42,684 bases of DNA from contig NC_057750.1 in assembly GCF_004010195.1 (NCBI RefSeq), forward strand, positions 86,661 to 129,344, read 5' to 3'. Source of the DNA: Chiloscyllium plagiosum. Its lineage: Eukaryota. The notes beneath the pieces are model-generated. The model was not told the DNA's origin. It did no database searches and saw nothing but the letters and a program-made list of their open reading frames with translations. Positions within the stretch are counted from its first letter, which is position 1. Each line of letters begins with the position of its first letter. This document shows, in pieces, positions 35,811 through 42,684 of the stretch. Position numbers and translations under genes: made by a program.

Positions 35811-36572
35811 GGTTGAGTCCATGATTAAGAAAGCGATAGTAATGTTGTCATTTATCTCAAGAGGGTTCGAATATAAAAGCAGCAATATGCTTCTGAGACT
35901 TTATAAAACTTTAGTTAGACCCCATTTAGAATACTGTGTCCAAGTCTGGTCCCCATGCCTCAGGAAGGACATACTGGCACTGGAGCGTGTCCAGCAGAGA
36001 TTCACACGGATGGTCCCTGGAATGGTAGGCCTAACATATGACGAACGGCTGAGGATCTTGGAATTGTATTCATTAGAGTTTAGGAGGGTGGGAGGGGAGA
36101 TCTAATAGAAACTTACAAGATAATGCATGGTTTGAAAGGGTGGATGCTGGGAAGTCATTTCCATTAGGTGGGGAGACTAGGACCCGTGGGGTTAGAGGGA
36201 TTCATTTTAGAAATGAGGAGACATTTCTTCAGCCAGAGAGTGGTGGGCCTGCGCAGTGGAGGCTGGGACGTTAAATGTCTTCAAGGCAGAGATTGATAAA
36301 TTCTTGATCTCGCAAGGAATTAAGGGCTACGGGGAGAGTGCGAGTAAGTGGAGTTGAAATGCCCATCAGCCATGATTAAATGGCGGAGTGGACTTGATGG
36401 GCCAAATGGCCTTACTTCCGCTCCTATGTCTTATGGTTGGGGCAGGTGACATCACTGACCTTCTGTTCAAAATGAGCAAAGAATGCATTGAGCTTATCAG
36501 GGAGGGATGTGTTGTTGCCAGCGACTGTATTCAACTTCACTGTAGAGTTATCTCATTCTCGAATATATTTAA

Positions 36573-37037
36573 TGATCAGTTCAACAACCTTCTGTGATAA
36601 GGAATTCCACCAATTTATTACCATCTGAGAGAAGAAATTCTGTTTTAAATGTGTGACACCTCATTCTGAGATGACACTCTCTTGTCCTAGACTCTCCCAC
36701 AAGGGAAAACAATCTTTCAGAATTTACACTGCCTAGTGACTTAAGAATCTCTTGTTTCAATAAGGTCATCTCTCATTCTTCTAAACTCCAAGCCTAACTT
36801 GATCACACTTAAGACAGTCCTTCTGTACCTGGATCAGCGAGTGAATTTTCTCTGGACTGCCTCCAATGTCAGTATATCTTTCCTTCGACAAAGGGAATCA
36901 CGCTATTCACACTATTCCAATGCCTTGTTTAGTTTAAGCAAGATTTCAATTCTTTTATATTCCATTCCCTTTGAATTAAACACCAACATTATATTGGCTC
37001 TATATGACACACATAGCTTTTGTGTTTGCTCCTTATG
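36573..37037 (-). mobile_element. Degenerate CR1 fragment
   Basis: Minus ORFs ERLFSLVGESRTRECHLRMR and SKGMEYKRIEILLKLNKAL. Confidence 0.78.
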
Positions 37038-37071
37038 ACTCACTGGGGTATAGGATTGGGTGTATCTCCTT

Positions 37072-37625
37072 CTACACTCCGTACTGATGAGGTATTGCTG
37101 AACAGTTAGAAGGTCACTACTGAGGAAATTCCGCACTGAAAGAGGGTTAGTACTGAAGGAGTGTCGCAATGTCGGAGGGTCAGCATTGAGGTATTGCCGC
37201 ACTGTCGGAGAGTTACTGCTGAGAGAGTGCTGCACTGTCGTAGTGTCACTACTGAGGGAATGCCGCACGGTTGAAGGGTTAGTACTAATGGAGCACTGCA
37301 CTGTTGGTGGGTCAGTACTGAGAGAGTTACTTTGTTGTGGAGATCCTGTCTTTCAGTTGATAAGTTAAATAGAGGACCTATCTTCACTCAGAAATTCAAG
37401 GAAAAATCCACCCCCGCCACCGTGTTCATGAGAAAGAAGAGCTCTCCTTCACTTCCCCGTCAATCAATATTACAAAGCCTCAGTTCTACCTGTGGGAGCT
37501 TGCTATGTACCTTCCCCATTAAAGCAATGTTTACATTTCAACAGTATTCCCTTTGTTGTACAATACTTTGTGTCATTGTGGAAATATTAAAAATGTAATT
37601 GAAATACAGAATCTTTCCTTTTTTT
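37072..37625 (+). mobile_element. Deu-domain SINE with about 8 tandem copies of the 33-bp unit (37081-37342)
   Basis: Same 33-bp unit as 15139-15593, then GTCTTTCAGTTGATAAGTTAAATAGAGGACC (Deu core), TGTGGGAGCTTGCT and a T-rich tail. Confidence 0.7.
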
Positions 37626-38562
37626 CACAGGCATGAGATATTCAGATTTTTTCATTACTTTGAGAAGGAAGTTCATATTTCAAGACCTGTGAGGACCCCC
37701 TAGCCTTGACAGTTCCAAAACAGAGGCCAAGACATCAGTCCCACTGAGAGTCGACATGAAGCAGGGATCATATGTCAGAGCTAAATACGATTGGCTGTAA
37801 TGAGCCCAATTACCACCTGGTTCTAGAGAGTGGCCATTGCCAAATGGTTCAGTGTCTTGCTTCTCACTGTGGTGAAGTCTCAATCCACCAGCAACAACCC
37901 TGATGCACTTTGACCTGATTATGGGCAGCTCCCAGCCAGAGTGAGTGCATCAATCAAAGCCTGTTCCTTAGCATCCCATTTACCCCAAATTCCTGCAGTT
38001 TTTCACCAAATTGCTTTTGCAGTTTTAATGAGGCGTGAATTTGGCAAAGGACAGCTCCTATAATGAGCCATCTCCTTTGTGAATTGCATTAGTCCATTAA
38101 TCTCAGTCTTCACCTTTGCTTCAGTGCTTGTTAAATAAAGTAAAAAGAACAATGAAAAATTCAAGGAGTTTAATGCCTCACTAACTAAACAATGACAGTC
38201 ATTAGGAAGTTAAGTCAGTCATTACTGGTGACATAGGGCTATCAATCAATCTTACCAGTTCATAGATTGAGCTGTAGGAACTAGAATGGGGCCACAGTAG
38301 TAATGGACTGTGCTGATGATTTAAATAGTTAAAGGGAGTAATGGAGTGGGAGTGAGGGTTGTGCCCTACCTCTGGGCCAGAAGGTTTATGTTCAAGTCTC
38401 ACCTTCTCCAGAGAAGTGTCCAAACAGGTTGATGAAATAACTATTCTAAGGTGCGAGTGAGGGTAGGGACTGGAGGTTCTTGGGTGTCAGTGTCAGTGTG
38501 TGTTTGACCTACTGCTATAAGCCAAAGTTCTCACAGTTCATTCACCCCTTCCTCCTACTTTG

Positions 38563-38906
38563 TTTTATTCATTCACATGATGGGGGTCTCACTGATCAGG
38601 CCAGCATTTATTACTCATCCCTAATTGCCCAGAGGGCAGTTAAGAGTCAACCACAATGCTGTGGGTCTGGAGTTACATGTAGTTCAGACCAGGTAAAGAT
38701 GGCAGTTTCCTTCCATAAGGGACATGAGCGAACCTTTTATTCATTCACATGATGGGGGTCTCACTGATCAGGCCAGCATTTATTACTCATCCCTAATTGC
38801 CCAGAGGGCAGTTAAGAGTCAACCACAATGCTATGGGTCTGGAGTTACATGTAGTTCAGACCAGGTAAGGATGGCAGTTTCCTTCCATAAGGGACATGAG
38901 CGAACC
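38563..38906. repeat. 172-bp tandem duplication
   Basis: 38563-38734 and 38735-38906, 2 mismatches seen. Confidence 0.95.
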
Positions 38907-39092
38907 AGGTGTGTTTTCCAACAATCACCAATCATGACGTTTCATCATCATCATCATCAGTCTCTTAATTCTAGATTTTTATTGAATTTAAATTCAACCA
39001 TCTGCCATGGCAGGACTTGAACCAGGGTCCCCAGAACATTACTTGGGTCTCTAGATTAATAGTCCATTGTTAATACCACTATGCCATCACCT
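38563..39092 (-). mobile_element. tRNA-headed SINE (MetaSINE/SlmI-like) with duplicated 3' part
   Basis: Minus head GGTGATGGCATAGTGG..GGTTCAAGTCC; body GGAAGGAAACTGCCATCCTTACCTGGTCTG..TGTGGTTGACTCTTAACTGCCCTCTG; tail GAATGAATAAAA. Family name from memory. Confidence 0.7.
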
Positions 39093-39299
39093 CGCCATCT
39101 ATCCAGCCTCACTGCGGGTGCATGGATCCAAGGCAAAATAGGTTTAGTGGCTCAGTGGTTAGCACTGCTACCTCACAGCACCAGGGACCCAGGTTTGATT
39201 CCACCCTCAGGGGACTGTCTGTGTGGAGTTTGCACATTCTCCCCGTGTCTGCGTGGGCTTCTACTGGGTCCTCTGGTTTCTTCCCACAGTCCGAATGTG

Positions 39300-39829
39300 T
39301 GGTTAGGGTAAATAGACAAGGTATTTTCCTGAGGGTGGAGCAGTCCAAAACTAGAGAGCATAGGGGAAAGATTTAAAAGGAACCTAAGGGGCAACATTTT
39401 CACACAGAGGGCGGTGTGTGTACGGAATGAATTGCCAGATGGTGTGCTGGAGGCTGTTACAAATACAACATTTAAAAAAGCATCAGAATGGGTTTAGAGG
39501 GATATGGAGAAAGTGAGAACTGCAGATGCTGGAGACCAGAGTTGAAAAATGTGGTGCTGCAAAAACACAGCAGGCCAGGCAGCATCCGAGGAGCAGGAGA
39601 ATCGACGTTTCGGGCATAAGGAGGGCTTATGGCTGAAACGTCGATTCTTCTGCTCCTAGGATGCTGCCTGGCCTGCTGTGTTTTTGCAGCACCACTTTTT
39701 CAACTTAGAGGGATATGGGCCAAGTGCTGGCAAATGGGCTTAGATTTATTTAGGATATCTGGTCTACATGGACGAGTTGGACTGAAGGGTCTGTTTCTAC
39801 GCTGTACAGCTCTATAACTCTATGACTCC
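39300..39829 (+). mobile_element. CR1 3' end nested in the SINE and itself interrupted by a PLE hairpin
   Basis: AGATTTAAAAGGAACCTAAGGGGCAACATTTTCACACAGAGG; tail CTCTATAACTCTATGACTC; possible TSD ATGTG at 39295-39299 and 39830-39834. Confidence 0.85.
39508..39704. mobile_element. Palindromic, non-coding Penelope-like element with TSD
   Basis: Arms 39541-39620 and 39626-39704 meet in hammerhead stem II. Direct repeat TTAGAGGGATATGG at 39494-39507 and 39705-39718. Confidence 0.9.
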
Positions 39830-42547
39830 ATGTGCAGCTTAGCTGGATTATCTGTGTTAAATTGCACTGTAGTATTCAGCGATGTGCAGGTTAGGTGGAT
39901 TATCCATGGTAAATGCAGGGTTACAGGAATAGAGTGGGGGTCTGGGTCTGGACGGGTCAGTGCAGATTTGATGAGCTGAATGGCCTCTTTCCACACTACA
40001 GGGAGTCGTGACTCAATTCCTAATTATAATAGCTGTTGCTTACAGTCATGCCAGACCAGTGGAATAATGATTGACTCAAAGTATTGGAGAACCGCTGCAT
40101 TATATTGAACCTTGCTTTAGCAAAGAGTTTACGTTTTGTGTGAAGAGAAAGATTTCTGTAAGTGTGTGATATAGGATATACATAGGTTATATAGGATGTA
40201 TAAATTGCTACTGGCTGAACAACAAAGTATTTCACAGCCGGGTGATGTTTAGTATGCTTGGATTAGATTTTCACTGTCCTTCATCTGAGCTCGAACAACT
40301 TAATGAATGGGTACAGAAATGAATAGAAGCAGCAACAGACCACTCAGCTTCTGAAAATTACTCTACCATTCAATGAGACCTTTCATAGGATAGGGTTTCT
40401 ACATTGTAGATCATGTAACATATTTGGGTTCTTACTGAGGCAGCTATCTAGATGTTTATGAAGAACTGACTATGTAGACTCATATGAGATCTCAAAAGTG
40501 CCTATACAATCTGGGTTCTGTCTTTATTCAGATCATTATTATCCTGTCTACATTGTTGATCAATTCACACATAGACTGATAGTCAGGTTGGCTATAGATT
40601 GTTAATAAACTATCCGTACATTATAGAGAAAACAATGGTGACCTCTTAAACTACAGCATCATATGTCCTGATGTCACCTAGCAGCCATTCTGAAGCCTGT
40701 GCAATAATACAACAATCCTGGCAGAATTTTGACAGCGACTCCACTTTCTCGCCCAATATTGGATACCAAAGGCCACGGATATGTTGTATGTGAGGCCAGG
40801 GCCTATGGAGTGTACCGTGAGATGTTGTTGCCCAGTGTCCAACATGGAGGTTGTTTGGAGTAAGCAGCGAGGTGATCCTGCTAGGCGCCTGCTCTGGTTT
40901 CCTTGTCGAGTGTTCCAGATGTTGAACCTGTGTGGAGATTTTGGTAAGGTTGAGACAGAATATTAATGAGATGAGTTGGGCTATAAACAAGATGTTTAAG
41001 CAACTCACTGCTGCCTAGTGAGAATCTCACTATACGCTTGGGAAGTGTGTGAATGCTGCAAGGCCCATCACTCAGCCCTCAGAGAGCTCTCAGCATTGGT
41101 CGTGCTCTGAGAATTGAGATAGTTAGGTCAATCCTCACTCAATGAGAACAAGCATGATTAGGTTATGAACCATGATGCAGAAGAATTCTTACTTCAGCCC
41201 TCACTTAGTTAGATGCCTTTAAGACAGCTCAAATGTAAAGGGAGTTTTGACGTATTCTCAGAATGAGGGATTGGGGTCTTAAAGGTCACAGTTTTCAGGA
41301 ACATGAAACAAATAAATTAAGGAAAAGGGTAAACACAACAGCTGTTTCTCATTTCCTGCAGACAGCCTTGTGAGGGTCTGTGTTCAGTCGAGTAATTATG
41401 GTGTGTTGAAACATTATAATTGAAGGTAAGGTAGAAATTGTGTTTGTGTCAAGTGCACTCAGATATTCTTTGGTGGAGCTAGTTCTAGAGGGAACTTGCT
41501 GTTCAGATTGCTTTCTAAGCTGTTTGCCACAGTCCATTCATTCTGGGGACTCAGGCTCTCAATGAATTTCACTGGGAATTGATGCTCCTTAAGGGACCGA
41601 TTCCAGTGCAGGGAGGAAGGGCTCAGTTTCAGGTTTGGGTTAGAGGTAGGGTTATGTTTAAGGTTAGGATGAGAGCTGTTTCAGGGGACAGGCGATAGAG
41701 GATGTGGAGGATGGAAGGAGGAGGTACAGAAGGGTATAGGCTGGGGTGGAGTTGTGGAAATTTGCTGAAGAAGGCTTAGGCTGGATTTTAATTTGTGAGC
41801 AGTCTGTGGAATGGCCCTAAGTTGGCTGGAGTGACATTTGGGCTGGCGGGTGGAAATGGGAATACTGCCAGATTGAAGGAAATTATTGCTCTGGTATCAG
41901 ATCAGTCACATGGTGCATTTGGAAGGTGATATTGATGATAGGACAGAAAGGCAAGGCCAGAGTTGTTACCCAGTGTCGAACATGGAAGTTGTTTGGGGAA
42001 AGCTCCTCAGTTTCCAATGCTTAGGAATCCTTAGAACAATGAAATATAATGACCCTGACCCAATCTGGTGTTTGGGATTATGCGTCGTTACAATTTATTA
42101 GAAGTAATTAGATATGTGCCACAGGTAAGCAATCAAAAACCATTAACATATTAATTGAAACTTACATTCTCCCCCTTACACATAAAAACAGACGGAAGGA
42201 TAGACAGGGAAAACTATGGACAATGGGACAAACTGGAAAGGCAGTTCACTTCAGTTTGTTCCCAAGTTCCATTGTTCTCGCTGATCTGATGGGTTTTTTT
42301 TTAATGTATACACTGGTTTGCAAGAGGCACAGGGTAGCTGCTTTGCTTATAATATGTCTCTTATTTACCAATTAAATGTCACAGTTTATAGCACCTATCT
42401 AGGGAAAGAGGAACAGGTTTTCTTCAGCTTTAAACTAAGATTTGACTGCAGAGAGCAGAGAGACAATGCCTGAGCTGCTGGAGAGTAAATCCCTTCTCTG
42501 TATTGAATTCATAATCCCAAGATGTTCATTTTCCTGAGAACCAATCC

Positions 42548-42684
42548 CCCCACTGCCACACTCCCACTCCAGCCATCCACTACCCCACTCCCAGTCACCC
42601 ACTCCTCCACTCAAGTCACCCACCAACCCACTCTCAGTCACCCACTCCCCCACTCCCAGTCACCCACTACTCCACTCCCAGTCA
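42548..42684. repeat. C-rich minisatellite, about 22-bp unit CCACTCCCAGTCACCCACTCCY, running off the window end
   Basis: AGTCACCCAC recurs about every 21-22 bp from about 42592. Confidence 0.85.

Larger units (their letters stand above)
32690..36356 (+). pseudogene. CR1 ORF2p (APE endonuclease plus reverse transcriptase), disrupted
   Basis: ALYLNA, GITETWL, YRPP, MGDFN, GSDH; KSPGLDGLHPRVLRE, NYRLISLT, DFQKAFDKVPH, GVPQGSVL, KFDDDTK, LVRPHLEY. Confidence 0.92.
31390..36437 (+). mobile_element. Near-full-length, inactivated CR1 LINE with two nested insertions
   Basis: Collinear 5' region, ORF1 (Zn-finger plus esterase), ORF2 (APE plus RT), and 3' UTR ending CCTATGTCTTATGGT. Many stops and frameshifts. 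5' boundary approximate. Confidence 0.92.
39143..40015 (+). mobile_element. HE1-like V-SINE split by a CR1 insertion (pieces about 39143-39299 and 39830-40015)
   Basis: Head GTGGCTCAGTGGTTAGCACTGCT and V-domain to CCCACAGTCC; resumes ATGTGCAGCTTAG..TAAATTGC at 39830. Confidence 0.85.

Noticed and set aside
37605..37632. Strong-looking splice acceptor TCTTTCCTTTTTTTCACAG
   Set aside because: The pyrimidine tract is the tail of the Deu-SINE, and no convincing exon follows.
14161..41790. Other CTGANGA words (14161, 27874, 37084, 41765) as hammerheads
   Set aside because: None is followed by a stem II plus GAAA and a closing stem I.

Overview
Non-coding, transposon-dense vertebrate genomic DNA. 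The repeat families (HE1/V-SINEs, CR1/HER1-type LINEs, Deu-domain SINEs, Rex1/Babar, Penelope-like elements) point to a cartilaginous fish, probably a shark; this is recognised from memory, not from a database search. I cannot support any intact host protein-coding gene, and every recognisable ORF is a decayed retroelement fragment. Main contents: about 20 CR1-clade fragments, including one near-full-length copy (31.4-36.4 kb; ORF1 zinc-finger/esterase, ORF2 APE-RT) with two nested insertions; a Rex1/Babar fragment; several SINE families; a probable solo LTR; several tandem repeats and one 172-bp duplication; and two assembly gaps. The most interesting signal is a set of seven head-to-head palindromic Penelope-like (PLE) insertions from at least three subfamilies, plus one single-arm remnant. 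One (24624-25124) keeps the C-terminus of the GIY-YIG endonuclease, an intact minimal type-I hammerhead ribozyme (24994-25029), a perfect 79-bp inverted repeat and a 14-bp target-site duplication (TSD). The others are coding-free hairpins of about 150-260 bp; in all but one the two arms meet at the hammerhead motif. TE boundaries without a TSD are approximate (about 10-20 bp).
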